Positions 50,468 to 61,318 are shown, counted from the first letter of the stretch. The stretch is 64,000 nucleotides of DNA from Candidatus Zhuqueibacterota bacterium (GCA_049322915.1 JBMOPW010000016.1:231971-295970); one strand, 5' to 3'. Numbers and translations are program-made. The notes: a model not told the origin generated them from the sequence alone.

Positions 50468-53035
50468 TCATTCTTCGCGCAGAGCAATGGCTGGTGAGGT
50501 TCGGGACATTTTATAGGCGGGGTAAAGCCCGGCCAGAATGGCTGCCACCAGCGCCAAAAAAATTGCGCGAATCATCAGATTGGGCATCCAGTCGAATTGA
50601 ATGCTCCACCCAAACGACCGCTCATTAATCACGCGGATGAGGACGAGCGCCAGGATATTTCCAATGGGCAGAGAGAACAGCCCGGACATAAATCCCATCA
50701 ATCCGGTTTGCAGGAAAACCAATTTCCAGAGTTGCCCCGGCGTGAGGCCATTGGCGCGCAAAATTCCAAATTCTCGGCTGCGCTCCAGTTGCAGGGCCAT
50801 CAACGCGCTGAGTACGCCGACGAACGCGACCACAATGGCCAGCGTTTGCAGCACGTAGGTGATTAAAAAGGTACGGTCGAAAATCTGGACAGAGGCATTG
50901 AGCAATGCAGTGTTCGATTGAATATAAATCTCTTCGCCGGGAGGGGTGAGCGCGCGAACCTTCGCCTTCAATTCCCCGATGTCCGTCTGTTCATTGGCAT
51001 AAATCAAAATCCCGGTCAGGCGAGGATCGTCCCAATATTTCAGGTATGTATGGTGCGCCATGGACACCAGTCCCTGATCCGTGCCGTAATCGTAATACAC
51101 GCCCACGACTTTGAACTGCTTTTCGCCGCGGTCGGTGGGCAGCGACAGCTTTTCACCAACGCTCACATTGTGGCGATAGGCAAATGGTTCGGAGACAATG
51201 ATCGCCTCTTCGTTTTGATAGGCTGCCCAGGCCTGGTTGGGGTCGCCGGATTTGAACATGAAATTCTTGTACCGATGCGCCCCGATCTTTGCGGTGAGAA
51301 TGATGACCGGCCCTTCAGGCGTGTTGATCTGGACCTCGCGATAGTAATTGAGGTATTTCACTTCCGGCAGGTCGGCCAATCGTTCCGCCAGAGATGGGTG
51401 AATGGTGGCGTCGCTCTGCCGCGAGATGAATCCCGGCGCGGCGATGTAAATATCCGCGGAGAGGATATTTTCCAGCCAGTGAATGACGGTGCCGCGGAAC
51501 GAATTGATCATGGTGCCCACGCCGATGGTCGTTGCTACGGCAATGCTGAGCGCGGCAATGGCCACAGACGTCCGGCTGATCTGAGCCAGGACGCTCCGCG
51601 CAGCCATTCGCCCAAGAATTCCGAACATCCGGCCCATGAGCGGATTGACCAGTCGGATAAATACGATGATCCAGAGTGGCGTGAGCATGGAAATGCCAAT
51701 GACCAGCGGGATCAGTCCGCTGTAGCTCATCAAAATATTCTTGTTGGGAATCCATAAAATGGCGGCGCCGATGAGGCTGAGGCCTATTCCGGCCAGCGAG
51801 ATGGGCCTGATTTTTTCTTTCAGCGACGTCTCAACCACGGATCGGCTGAGCACAACCCGCGGCGGCGCAGCGGTAGCCTCCCGCGCCGGTTTCAGCGCGG
51901 CCAGAATCGTGGCGCCTGTGCCCAGGATGAATCCTTTGAACAGGCTCCAGTGGGAGATTTCGAACGAACGGACAGTCAGCACAAAATAAAGATCATTGAT
52001 CGATTGGGTGACCAGGTGGATCAATCCCCGGCCTAACACGATGCCAATCAGGATGCCAACGGCTGTGCCGATGAGCCCTAAAACGAGCGCTTCGTTCAGA
52101 ATCAGCATGAAAATCTCGCGCCGGGTGACGCCGATGGAGCGGAAAAGTCCAATGATGGAGCGACGCTGCACCACCGAAAACGTCATGGTGTTGTAAATGA
52201 GGAACATGCCAACGATGAGGGCTAACAAACTCATGGCCGTCAAATTGAGATGAAACGCGCTCACCATTTTCTCCGCAGTCTCGATGCGGGAATCGGACGC
52301 CAGCATCTGCGCGCCGGGCGGCAGCAGTGATTTGAGCGCGTCGAGGCTGGGCTCCGGATGAGTCGCCGGGGCAATGATGTCAATCCGTGTGATTCGGTCT
52401 TCCATGTTCAGCAATTCCTGGGCTGTGGCGATGTCGCACACCAACACATTCTCGAGGATATTTTTTGTGCGGCTATCCAGCGGGGTGATGGCGCCGGCCA
52501 GAAAGGCCTGTTTATGAATGCCGTTGAATGCGAGCGTCACCGTGTCGCGGACGGCTATTCCCATGGCCTGCGCGGCAAAGGAGGACATCCACAGCGCGCC
52601 GGGCCGGGTGAGCATTTCCGAAAGGATGGCGGGATTGGTTCGCAACTCCGATTGATTCAGGAAATTGCGGAACGGCGTTTCGGCGAACGGGTCGATTCCC
52701 AGTAACGTGAACGTCGCCGGCGAATTGCCTTCCAAAATCACGGGCTGTTCCAGCACCGGGGCCATCTGCGGCAGGCCGGGTGTTGTCTTCAACGTCGTGT
52801 AAAGCGATTGGGCCAGTCCGGCAGGTCCGCCAATGATCTGGTGGGTGGCTTTTCCGGTGATGCTCTGCATGGAATTTTTAAAAGCGTTTTCAGCGCCCTG
52901 ATTGGCCAGATCGATGGCAACCACCATGGCAACGCCCAGGGCGATTCCCAGGATGGAAAGCACTGTCTGCCAGGGGTGATGCATGAGATAGCGAAAGCTG
53001 GATTGTGTGAGTGTATGTCGATTCATCTGTACCAT
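50468..53035 (-). CDS. ABC permease with two FtsX/MacB repeats (AttFG-like)
   Basis: GIALGVA, FLIYNTM.FSVVQRR, ERSREFGILRANG and SPAIALREE. Confidence 0.92.
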   Translation of the reverse strand: MVQMNRHTLTQSSFRYLMHHPWQTVLSILGIALGVAMVVAIDLANQGAENAFKNSMQSITGKATHQIIGGPAGLAQSLYTTLKTTPGLPQMAPVLEQPVILEGNSPATFTLLGIDPFAETPFRNFLNQSELRTNPAILSEMLTRPGALWMSSFAAQAMGIAVRDTVTLAFNGIHKQAFLAGAITPLDSRTKNILENVLVCDIATAQELLNMEDRITRIDIIAPATHPEPSLDALKSLLPPGAQMLASDSRIETAEKMVSAFHLNLTAMSLLALIVGMFLIYNTMTFSVVQRRSIIGLFRSIGVTRREIFMLILNEALVLGLIGTAVGILIGIVLGRGLIHLVTQSINDLYFVLTVRSFEISHWSLFKGFILGTGATILAALKPAREATAAPPRVVLSRSVVETSLKEKIRPISLAGIGLSLIGAAILWIPNKNILMSYSGLIPLVIGISMLTPLWIIVFIRLVNPLMGRMFGILGRMAARSVLAQISRTSVAIAALSIAVATTIGVGTMINSFRGTVIHWLENILSADIYIAAPGFISRQSDATIHPSLAERLADLPEVKYLNYYREVQINTPEGPVIILTAKIGAHRYKNFMFKSGDPNQAWAAYQNEEAIIVSEPFAYRHNVSVGEKLSLPTDRGEKQFKVVGVYYDYGTDQGLVSMAHHTYLKYWDDPRLTGILIYANEQTDIGELKAKVRALTPPGEEIYIQSNTALLNASVQIFDRTFLITYVLQTLAIVVAFVGVLSALMALQLERSREFGILRANGLTPGQLWKLVFLQTGLMGFMSGLFSLPIGNILALVLIRVINERSFGWSIQFDWMPNLMIRAIFLALVAAILAGLYPAYKMSRTSPAIALREE

Positions 53036-53069
53036 GTGTTGTAACGATTGTCGGGATCCTGACTGCTGA

Positions 53070-53789
53070 TCAGATTGAATTCCCTGAGATATCCAACAGG
53101 CGCCCGTCGCGAATGGACAAAATTCGGTCGGCCAATCCGATGACCTCTTTGCTATGCGTCGCCATGATCAATGTCTTGCGCTGCTCTCTCACGAGTTGAT
53201 CCAGCAAACCAATGACCTGCTGGCCGGTATCGGCGTCGAGATTGCCGGTGGGTTCGTCGGCAAGGAGAATGGTTGGGTCGTGAACGAGCGCGCGCGCGAT
53301 GGCGATGCGCTGCTGCTCGCCCCCGGACAGCCGGTCCGGATAACTCGATTCGCGACCGCGAAGCCCGACTTTCTCCAGCATGTCCGCCACGCGATGATCG
53401 GCCTTTTTACCGGTTTTGCCATTCAGTTCCAGCGGCAGTTTGAGATTTTCTTCAACAGTCAGCGTCGGGATCAGATTGAAAAATTGAAAAATGAATCCAA
53501 TATGACGTCGTCGGAACACGGTTCGTTCGTATTCAGTGAAGCGAGTCATGTTCCTGTTTTCGATGAAGACTTCCCCGTAATTCGCCACATCGATACCGCT
53601 GATCAGGTTCAACAAGGTCGATTTCCCTGAGCCGCTCTTCCCCAACAGAATGGTGAGTTCGCCGGGATAGATGGAGAAATTCACGTTCTCCAGCACCCGC
53701 CGTTCATTGACGCCTTCGTGGTATGTCTTGCAAATATCACGAAGCTCGATGATGGGCGCGCTGACTGATATGTGATGTTCGTTTGTCAT
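53070..53789 (-). CDS. ABC ATP-binding protein (LolD/AttE-like)
   Basis: GKSGSGKS, LSGGEQQR and LADEPTGNLD. Confidence 0.95.
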   Translation of the reverse strand: MTNEHHISVSAPIIELRDICKTYHEGVNERRVLENVNFSIYPGELTILLGKSGSGKSTLLNLISGIDVANYGEVFIENRNMTRFTEYERTVFRRRHIGFIFQFFNLIPTLTVEENLKLPLELNGKTGKKADHRVADMLEKVGLRGRESSYPDRLSGGEQQRIAIARALVHDPTILLADEPTGNLDADTGQQVIGLLDQLVREQRKTLIMATHSKEVIGLADRILSIRDGRLLDISGNSI

Positions 53790-53877
53790 TCGCTCGTTAT
53801 TTTAGTCATACAATTCCAAATCAAATAAATCAGGACTGTTTAATCATTTGTAGTACGATAGACATGCAATCCATTCC

Positions 53878-53908
53878 CCGCGCTGGACAAATATCCGGCG
53901 CGATCATG
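53878..53908. repeat. REP-like palindrome, copy 2
   Basis: CCGCGCTGGACAAATATCCGGCGCGATCATG. Confidence 0.75.
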
Positions 53909-54117
53909 AAGTGAAACAGCCAGAATAAAACTAACTAACTCGAATTTCAGGTTAAAGTTCCTGCTGCCTGTGGTTCGAAAAGTAGTCGCCGGAGGATTGA
54001 AGGAGCGGTACGCCATGAAAAAAGCTGGAAAATGATTAGGATTTTCAATATTTTTTACTTATATTTCAGGCCATTTTTGGAGTAAAAATTTCATTCGATT
54101 AACTTAAGGAGAACATA

Positions 54118-55134
54118 ATGAAAAAAGCGTTGCTTGTTCTGGCACTGGTGATAGTCATGCTTGCTGGTTGCGGGAAAAATTCCGAAGTCGTCAAATTGAC
54201 GCCGGGTACGCCGTTGTACGAACTTGCCAAAGAGCTTTCTGGCAAAATTCCTGTTTTGGATCCGGACAAAAATGATATCATTGTGAAGACAAAGGGATTC
54301 AATGTCACCTCCGGCGAATTGATCGCATCATTGAAACGAAATTTTGGAAATCGTATTGATGGTTTGAAAAATCAGCCGGCAGAGCAGTTGAGCCAAATTC
54401 TGAAACAGCAGGCTGAGGGCTATGCGACGACGCAGATGCTGTTTCTCGCGGCAAAGAAAGCTCGCCTCTCCCCAAAAGAAACGGCTGTGGACAGCGTGCT
54501 GAATGTTCGATACCAGCGCTCCGGCGGTCAGGAGAAGTTCATCGCAGATCTGAAAACGAATGGGTTAACGGTTGAAGAGGTGAGAGAGGATATCAACAAG
54601 TTTTTGACGGTCAATACTTATCTGGATCGTGAACTGGCGGATGAAATTAAGGTGACGGATGAGGATATTCAAAAAGAATACGATCAGGAAAAAACTGCAA
54701 CAGTCCGTCATATCCTGATGTTGACGCAGGGAAAGAACGAGACAGAAAAAATGGCTATTCGAAAGAAGATGGAAGAGGTATTGGCCCTGGCGCGAAACGG
54801 GGAGGATTTTGCTGAACTGGCTAAACAATATAGCGAAGACCCCGGCTCGAAAGACAAGGGTGGCATCTATGAAAATTTCACCCGCGGCCGAATGGTCAAA
54901 GAGTTCGAAGACGCCTCATTCAATTTACCAATTGGATCGATCAGCGACATCGTGGAAACGCGGTATGGCTTTCATATCATCAAAGTGATGGATCGGCAAA
55001 AAGAGACCCGGCCGATCGAAGATGTTCGGGAACAGATAAAGTCGAAACTGGATAACACCAAGAGACGGGATGCCTATCAATTTTTTGTCCAAAAACTGAA
55101 GCAGGACAATGGCTACGAACTGATTGGGCTGTAG
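54118..55134 (+). CDS. PrsA/PpiC-type peptidyl-prolyl isomerase lipoprotein
   Basis: Lipobox LAGC; VRHIL, FAELAKQYSEDPGS.DKGG, MVKEFE and YGFHII. Confidence 0.92.
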   Translation: MKKALLVLALVIVMLAGCGKNSEVVKLTPGTPLYELAKELSGKIPVLDPDKNDIIVKTKGFNVTSGELIASLKRNFGNRIDGLKNQPAEQLSQILKQQAEGYATTQMLFLAAKKARLSPKETAVDSVLNVRYQRSGGQEKFIADLKTNGLTVEEVREDINKFLTVNTYLDRELADEIKVTDEDIQKEYDQEKTATVRHILMLTQGKNETEKMAIRKKMEEVLALARNGEDFAELAKQYSEDPGSKDKGGIYENFTRGRMVKEFEDASFNLPIGSISDIVETRYGFHIIKVMDRQKETRPIEDVREQIKSKLDNTKRRDAYQFFVQKLKQDNGYELIGL

Positions 55135-55283
55135 GAGGGAGACTTCCCTGCGTTATCGGAGTCAGAGTTGATTCGGACGAACCTGCATTGCGGATTGGCC
55201 AATTGGAATTGATTTCCGGACGGACGCGGATCGTGGAAGTTGTTGAAGACAAGCACATCAGGAAATTCATTTTTCACATTGAG

Positions 55284-55311
55284 GAGCGCTGAAAAAACAG
55301 CGCTCTTTTTT
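55284..55311 (+). terminator. Intrinsic terminator
   Basis: GAGCGCTG-A6-CAGCGCTC-T6. Confidence 0.75.
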
Positions 55312-55362
55312 ATGTATAAAACAAACATGGCCGGGGTGACAAAACTCGCGCCTGAACTGATT

Positions 55363-56649
55363 TCAGATGACAGTGCCAGCTTCGATCACGGTGCCTTTGG
55401 GAATAATGGTGATGCCATCGCGGATGCAGTACTGGTCGCAGGTGTAATCCGCCTGGCCTTTTTTTGATTGAATCACGACACCGTCGCCAATGCGGACATT
55501 TTTATCGATGATGGCACGCTCAATGGTGCAATGCCGACCAATTCCCAGAAGCGGATGGATGTTGCCGGGCGGCTCCAGGCGCGGGAGGAAATCCTCGCAG
55601 TCGAAATGGTCTGCGCCCAGCATGACCACCTCGGTCAGGCAGGAACCTTCGCGGACATTGCTGCGGATACCGATCACTGAATTCACGATGCGGGCGCCGG
55701 TGATGTCCGATCCTTCGACCAGCAGGCTATCGCGGATTTCGGATTGCACCACCCGACTCGGCGGCAAAGAACGGGCGCGCGTGTAAATTGGCCAGCCTGA
55801 CGCATAGAGCGGGAACGGCGAGTTGCGTCGGGTCAATTCGATATTCGCATCGAAGAAGGAGGAGATTGTCCCGATGTCTTTCCAGTAACCGGAGAATGGA
55901 TACACCGCGATGCGATGGTTGCGAAAAACGGACGGCAGGACGTCTCTGCCAAAATCGGCGTGGGTCGTTGTTTCAAGGCAGTCGCGCAACCGCGCCGGAT
56001 TGAAGATATAAATTCCCATGGAAACGAGCCGCTGGTTTGAATCGACGTGCATCCCCATGGTTCGGGTTAAATTTTTGGGTATTTTGAACCGGTCGATGAT
56101 TTTGGAGTCATTCGTCTTTTCGACATAGTCGACAACCATACCGCGTTCATTGGCCTTGATCAGTCCAAATCGACGCACTTCAGTTTTAGGCACGGCGTAC
56201 ACGCAAATCGTGATGTCCGCATGCTTTTGGTGATGGTAGTTGATGAGCTTTTGATAGTCCATGCGGTAGAGATGATCCCCGGCGAGGATCAGAATGTGTT
56301 CGCTGTCGTAATGGGTGGTGTGATGGAGCGTCGCGCGGACAGCATCGGCCGTGCCCTGGAACCAATCGCTGCCCGTGGCAGTTTGTTCGGCGGCCAGAAT
56401 ATCGAGAAAGCCATCGGTGAATTTGTCGAAGTGATACGTCTGCATGATGTGCCGATGCAGGCTTGCCGAGAGGAATTGGGTGAGGACGAAAATACGTTTG
56501 ATGCCGGAATTGATGCAGTTGGAAATTGGAATGTCGATCAGGCGATATTTGCCGAGAAATCCCACGGCCGGTTTGGCGCGCTCATGGGTCAGCGGATAGA
56601 GCCTGGATCCGCGACCGCCTCCGAGAATGATTGCAGTCGTTTTATTCAT
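55363..56649 (-). CDS. glgC: Glucose-1-phosphate adenylyltransferase
   Basis: GGGRGSRLYPLT, RAKPAV, WFQGTADAV, GDHLYRMDY, SMGIY, DFG, YWKDIGT and a beta-helix tail. Alternative start 56676. Confidence 0.9.
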   Translation of the reverse strand: MNKTTAIILGGGRGSRLYPLTHERAKPAVGFLGKYRLIDIPISNCINSGIKRIFVLTQFLSASLHRHIMQTYHFDKFTDGFLDILAAEQTATGSDWFQGTADAVRATLHHTTHYDSEHILILAGDHLYRMDYQKLINYHHQKHADITICVYAVPKTEVRRFGLIKANERGMVVDYVEKTNDSKIIDRFKIPKNLTRTMGMHVDSNQRLVSMGIYIFNPARLRDCLETTTHADFGRDVLPSVFRNHRIAVYPFSGYWKDIGTISSFFDANIELTRRNSPFPLYASGWPIYTRARSLPPSRVVQSEIRDSLLVEGSDITGARIVNSVIGIRSNVREGSCLTEVVMLGADHFDCEDFLPRLEPPGNIHPLLGIGRHCTIERAIIDKNVRIGDGVVIQSKKGQADYTCDQYCIRDGITIIPKGTVIEAGTVI

Positions 56650-56862
56650 AGTTTTCCTGTCAATTGAATGATTCAATGCATCGGTGAACTGAGCACTCTC
56701 TACCTGCGGAATTCATCCGGCTGCTTCCGCCGGGGGATGATTTCCGGCAATTCCATTCTGCGAAGCGGTGGCGCCCGATGAGAACGCACGAAAATCATGG
56801 TCTGCATTTGGGTTGAAGCGGCGCCGTGTTCAATTCGTTCGAACGACCAGGCGACGGATGCC

Positions 56863-57876
56863 CTATTCCATCAGCCCGCGCTGTTGCAGCGCCTTTTGCA
56901 GCAGCGGTTCAATTTGCCGGCGAATCGCTGCATTGGCATAGCCGACCCAGGTGACTGGATGATCAACGACGAGCCGGGGATTCAAACGCTGCCCGTGTTC
57001 ATCGGTGATGATGACGCCCAGTTCCCGCGCGATGAGCTCGGTGCAAATGTCGTAGGGATTGCAGCAAATTCCCGGCGACAGGGAGGTCTTGCTCAGAATT
57101 TTTTCCATCAGCGGACGAATGTCGGCGATGAACCGATCGTGACCGGCCATCAATTCGTAGAGTTGGCCGCCGGTGCTGATGTATTGATCTTCAAAACAGA
57201 GCGCCTTGCCGGGACGAACCGGCCCAAGGGCGCCAAGTATTATCTCTTCATCGATCACAGCAAGCGTGTCGCGCACACCGGGAAAAAATCGTGAAACCGA
57301 AGCGAAGCCGTGGGCAATCGTCGGCGCGGTCGAGGGCGAGAGGACGATCTGCTGCGTTTCCCCGTTGAGCCGATTGAAGCGCTCCATCCGCACCGGTTGG
57401 TCCCGAATCACGGAAAGGCAATCGGATAAATATTGCTTCACGAGCGGTATCTCCGTTTGAATCGCCAACTCGATGTCCTGCAGACCGGTGTTCGCGCCGC
57501 GATTGGGCGCCACCCCCGTCAGAATCCAGGCGCTCCGTTTCTGATACATCAGGCCGCGCGTCCCATCGATGGGGTCGATGATGACGCGCCAGGGGATTTT
57601 ACTTTCATCTGTCCTCTCTGGCAGAACGAGGCAGCCGTCTTCGAGACCTTCGGCAATCAGGACAATCGGCGTCACCGGCGCGATTTCAGTCCGGAAAAAA
57701 TCGATGATCACCTCTTCGCTCACCCGATCCACAGCGTAAATGGTGTCCCCGATGGCGTCCCGCGCAACAGTCGCAAGATGATCCATTGAGCTTTGTTCGC
57801 ATGCGCGGATCACTTCCTGGCGTATGCGGCGATGCAACTCCAAAATTTTATCCCTGAGAAACAGCAGCGTATTCAT
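56863..57876 (-). CDS. Inositol monophosphatase / FIG-superfamily phosphatase
   Basis: DRVSE, IAEG, IDPIDGT, and PYD in place of WD. Confidence 0.8.
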   Translation of the reverse strand: MNTLLFLRDKILELHRRIRQEVIRACEQSSMDHLATVARDAIGDTIYAVDRVSEEVIIDFFRTEIAPVTPIVLIAEGLEDGCLVLPERTDESKIPWRVIIDPIDGTRGLMYQKRSAWILTGVAPNRGANTGLQDIELAIQTEIPLVKQYLSDCLSVIRDQPVRMERFNRLNGETQQIVLSPSTAPTIAHGFASVSRFFPGVRDTLAVIDEEIILGALGPVRPGKALCFEDQYISTGGQLYELMAGHDRFIADIRPLMEKILSKTSLSPGICCNPYDICTELIARELGVIITDEHGQRLNPRLVVDHPVTWVGYANAAIRRQIEPLLQKALQQRGLME

Positions 57877-57935
57877 CTTGTCTCCCACAAAGGTGACGAG
57901 CCAGTCGGTCGCTGGTTCAATGTTCGTGGATTGCG

Positions 57936-59081
57936 CTAAATTCCGAATAGGTCCCAATACGACTCCAGATCAACAACCTTCCCCTCCTGCATGGCTTTGT
58001 CGATGACCAGCGCGGTGATGGAACTGATGAATCCTTCCATGATGGAAACCGTGGGACACGAGCAGGTCGCCATGTTGTGCACCAAATCGTCGATGAGCAG
58101 CGAGTCGCCGCCGCCGTGCATGCTGTGTTCATCGATGTGGAAAATCTGCTCTTTCTCGTTCCGTCCAATGCGCTGCACACGGATTTTGCCGCTGTACAGC
58201 TCCGCTTCCAACGTGCCTTCCAGTCCGCACAGCAACAGCCGGCGCTGCTGAAAAGCATTGCAGCAATTGGTGTGAAACGAAACGCGCGCGCCGTTTCGGT
58301 ATTCGAGAATAATGACCTGGTTGTCCTCCACGTCCTTTTCGCTCAAAAACGGATCGATGTCTTCCCAATTGTTCCAGGCGCGGTACATGGGCGGATCATC
58401 GTCCGGGCGGGACAGCTTGTCCGTGACCGGTTTGTTGGCTTGGGTGAAAATATCCAGCCCGGCAAACGAAGCCACGCGCGTGGGAATGCTGTTGATGAGC
58501 CAGTTCAAAATGTCCAGATCGTGACAGCATTTTTCCAGCAAATATGGGCCATTCTGGGATCGATGCCGGCGCCAGTTCCTTAAAATATAACCGCCGTGAT
58601 CAAAATGCAAGTGTTCATTTGCTTCGGCTGAAATTATTTTACCCAGCATGCCCTCACAGATGAGATCGTAAATTTTCCGATAGAGCGGAGCGAAACGCAG
58701 CACAAAACCAGTCATGAAAAATGTGCCGGCTTTTTGATAGGCAAGAAGAATATCAATGCATTGCTCAATGGTGACAGCCATGGGTTTTTCGCAAAACACG
58801 TGTTTGTCGCGGGCAAACGCCGCCACGCAATGGTCGCGGTGGAGATGATTTTTCGAGCCGATGAAAATCCAGTCAGCTTCCACTTCATCGAGAATGGCGC
58901 TGTAATCGGTGTTCGTCGGAATATCCCGTCCGAACAGCGCGCTGGCAATTCCCAGCGCTGTTTCCGATTCATCGCTCATACCGCGCAGTTCGCAGATGTC
59001 GCCGTGGCGCGCCAGCATATCGCTGAGCAGTCGGTTCAACCGCTCCCCGGTTCCAATGGCAATGATTCCGATCTTCGACAT
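57936..59081 (-). CDS. Gfo/Idh/MocA oxidoreductase
   Basis: [25 protein letters not shown] and HGGGD. Confidence 0.92.
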   Translation of the reverse strand: MSKIGIIAIGTGERLNRLLSDMLARHGDICELRGMSDESETALGIASALFGRDIPTNTDYSAILDEVEADWIFIGSKNHLHRDHCVAAFARDKHVFCEKPMAVTIEQCIDILLAYQKAGTFFMTGFVLRFAPLYRKIYDLICEGMLGKIISAEANEHLHFDHGGYILRNWRRHRSQNGPYLLEKCCHDLDILNWLINSIPTRVASFAGLDIFTQANKPVTDKLSRPDDDPPMYRAWNNWEDIDPFLSEKDVEDNQVIILEYRNGARVSFHTNCCNAFQQRRLLLCGLEGTLEAELYSGKIRVQRIGRNEKEQIFHIDEHSMHGGGDSLLIDDLVHNMATCSCPTVSIMEGFISSITALVIDKAMQEGKVVDLESYWDLFGI

Positions 59082-59131
59082 GAGTTCCTTTCACGATATT
59101 TTGTTATTATTTTAACCTAAAAAAACTGAAT

Positions 59132-59197
59132 GCCGCGAAGCCTCGAAGTCTCGAAGTTTTTAAAAATATTTTCTTCGAGTCCTGGCGTCTTCGAGGC
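59132..59197. repeat. Inverted array of 8-mers forming a hairpin
   Basis: GCCGCGAA GCCTCGAA GTCTCGAA G, an AT-rich loop, then CTTCGAGT CCTGGCGT CTTCGAGG C. Confidence 0.7.
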
Positions 59198-59215
59198 GAA
59201 AAAGAACTGAACATT

Positions 59216-61318
59216 TTATTTGACTTGTCCCTCCCGAATGAGGAGAAACGGCTCCAGGAATGAGGCTGTCTCGCGCTCCAGCGCGTCACACGGCAGATCA
59301 GCGCCTGCACATAGACTGAAGCGAAACGTGTGCTCCCCCTGATCGGTGTCATGCTGGGGATCGTCCGGCGACAACATGGTGGGGTCGTGGAACGCGTACA
59401 GGCTGGATCGAACCAGCGTCACCCGAAGCCGCTCCGACGTGCAGTCACAGGCGAATGCGCCGTTTTGCACGAGCCCCAGTTCACCGCCGGCCAGCGTTAA
59501 TTTGAGCCAGTGATGCAGCGGCAGTTCCATACCGTCCGTTCGGCGCTGAACAACGCCCCCGGGCGCCTGCATGGTGAGACCTCTGATGGCGTCGTGACCG
59601 GGCGCGATTTCCATTTTCAGAATTTTGCGTCGCTCGGCCCAGTTCACTTTCACATCAATGTAAATCTGCGGCAGCTCGTTGTACAGCGAAACGATGACAT
59701 CGATCCACGAACTGGAAAATGCCCATCGCTGGTAGAGCCTGGTCAAAACAGGGCCGGTGAGCTTTGACGATGAAATCAGGGAGAAAACGCCTTCAACGTC
59801 GTGATACGATGTAACGCCATGTCCCCAGGTGTCGGAGGCGTCGCTCAGCGCGAGGAATCGATACTGGTATTGCGCGCGAACCGGAGTCGTGACGGCGATG
59901 ATCCCGGTTTGAACGGATGCTCTGTCCGTGGCAATCGAATCCCCGGGGATAAAGTGCGCTGTTACATCCGGAGCTTGTGACTGCGGTGTAGGCTGGTCAA
60001 AATAATATGATTTGAATCCGCCGGCCGGGAGCGCATCCACAAACTCCCAGCGCCGATTGGCGCAGCGGACGCTCGGCAGCACATCCTGGATCAGGATTTC
60101 TGCGCCGGTCTCGTCCCGAAACGCCGCACCGTTCCTGAAAAAGGACGACGATTCGATGGATAGCGGCGCGCGCACATCAACATTGAGCGAATTGAAAATG
60201 CGGAATTCGCCTTCGCGGATTTTCACCGGCTTCGTTTGGGAGAGCGATTTGAATGCGGAATAGGCCATGTTCCGCCAGGCATCCGCCACGCTGCCGATTT
60301 CATCCAATGCCTGAGCCGCAGCGCTTGCGGCGCACGAGCCGGGCATGATGTCGTGAAACTGGTTGAATAAAATTTTCCGCCAATGATCTGAAAGATCGGG
60401 CGGATGTCCGCTGACGAGCGCCACAGCGCGCCGGGCGAAATCCAGGCCGTGTTCCGCGCTGCGGATGGCATGCTTCACCGGGCGCATGACAGAATAGCAA
60501 CCGACAGCATGGATGAACAGGTCCCCCTGATAGTCGGGAATGTCGGAGCGCTGCTCCGCTTCTTTGAAAAATTGCAGGCAGGAGGAATAGCCAATTTCCC
60601 CCTCAGGTTGGGTGCTGATGAAGTGATTGTAAAATTCGATCTCGGCAATGGACGGCCCTCCGCCGTGATCGCCCAGCCCGAAGAAATAGCAATTGACCGA
60701 CCGGGTGCGATATTCCTCATCCTCCAGCAGTTTGAGCAGATGGCTCGGATCGATGGCCTGCTGCGTGTACGAACCGTATTGCGCGTACATGTGTTTCAGC
60801 CGATACGCTAAAACGCGCCTGCCCTGGAATTCCCAGTGAAACAGATTGGCCGGCAAATCCGGTTTTTCCCGGATGTCCGGCCGGCAAAAAATGAAGTATT
60901 TGAATCCGCTTTCGGAGAGTATTTTTGGCAGGGTTGCCGGATGCCCGAAACTGTCCGGCAGAAAGGCAACTTCGATCTCTCTGTTGAAATGGGTTCGGCA
61001 AAATTTTTGACCAATCTCGGCCTGCTTGAGCAAGCTCGCTTCGCTCGGCAAATTGGTGTCGCTTTCCACCCACCAGCCGCCGACAATTTCCCATCGGCCC
61101 TGTTCGACGAAAGCCTGAATTCGGGCAAATAATTTTTTATCGTACTGATTTACCCGGTGATAAAATTGCATGGAACTGGCGCTGAAAGTGAGCCCTGGAT
61201 ATTCGTCCAGCCGGTCGCAGGCCGAGCGGAATGTGTTGATCACTTCATCGATGCCATCAAATTTATCCCACAACCAGACCGGGTCAATATGGGAATTCGC
61301 AATCAGGTGTAAACGCAT
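59216..61318 (-). CDS. GH38 alpha-mannosidase-like protein
   Basis: SHIDPVWLW, GGWWVESD, PDSFGH, GDHGGG and NQFHDIMPG. Confidence 0.9.
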   Translation of the reverse strand: MRLHLIANSHIDPVWLWDKFDGIDEVINTFRSACDRLDEYPGLTFSASSMQFYHRVNQYDKKLFARIQAFVEQGRWEIVGGWWVESDTNLPSEASLLKQAEIGQKFCRTHFNREIEVAFLPDSFGHPATLPKILSESGFKYFIFCRPDIREKPDLPANLFHWEFQGRRVLAYRLKHMYAQYGSYTQQAIDPSHLLKLLEDEEYRTRSVNCYFFGLGDHGGGPSIAEIEFYNHFISTQPEGEIGYSSCLQFFKEAEQRSDIPDYQGDLFIHAVGCYSVMRPVKHAIRSAEHGLDFARRAVALVSGHPPDLSDHWRKILFNQFHDIMPGSCAASAAAQALDEIGSVADAWRNMAYSAFKSLSQTKPVKIREGEFRIFNSLNVDVRAPLSIESSSFFRNGAAFRDETGAEILIQDVLPSVRCANRRWEFVDALPAGGFKSYYFDQPTPQSQAPDVTAHFIPGDSIATDRASVQTGIIAVTTPVRAQYQYRFLALSDASDTWGHGVTSYHDVEGVFSLISSSKLTGPVLTRLYQRWAFSSSWIDVIVSLYNELPQIYIDVKVNWAERRKILKMEIAPGHDAIRGLTMQAPGGVVQRRTDGMELPLHHWLKLTLAGGELGLVQNGAFACDCTSERLRVTLVRSSLYAFHDPTMLSPDDPQHDTDQGEHTFRFSLCAGADLPCDALERETASFLEPFLLIREGQVK

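Noticed and set aside
48905..53789. ABC transporter plus lipocalin considered as a novel system
   Set aside because: It matches the widespread AttEFGH-like arrangement, which is poorly understood but already described.
55135..55283. 150-nt stretch between the PPIase stop and the terminator, considered as an sRNA
   Set aside because: Only short hairpins, with no promoter or family motif; a 3' UTR is sufficient explanation.
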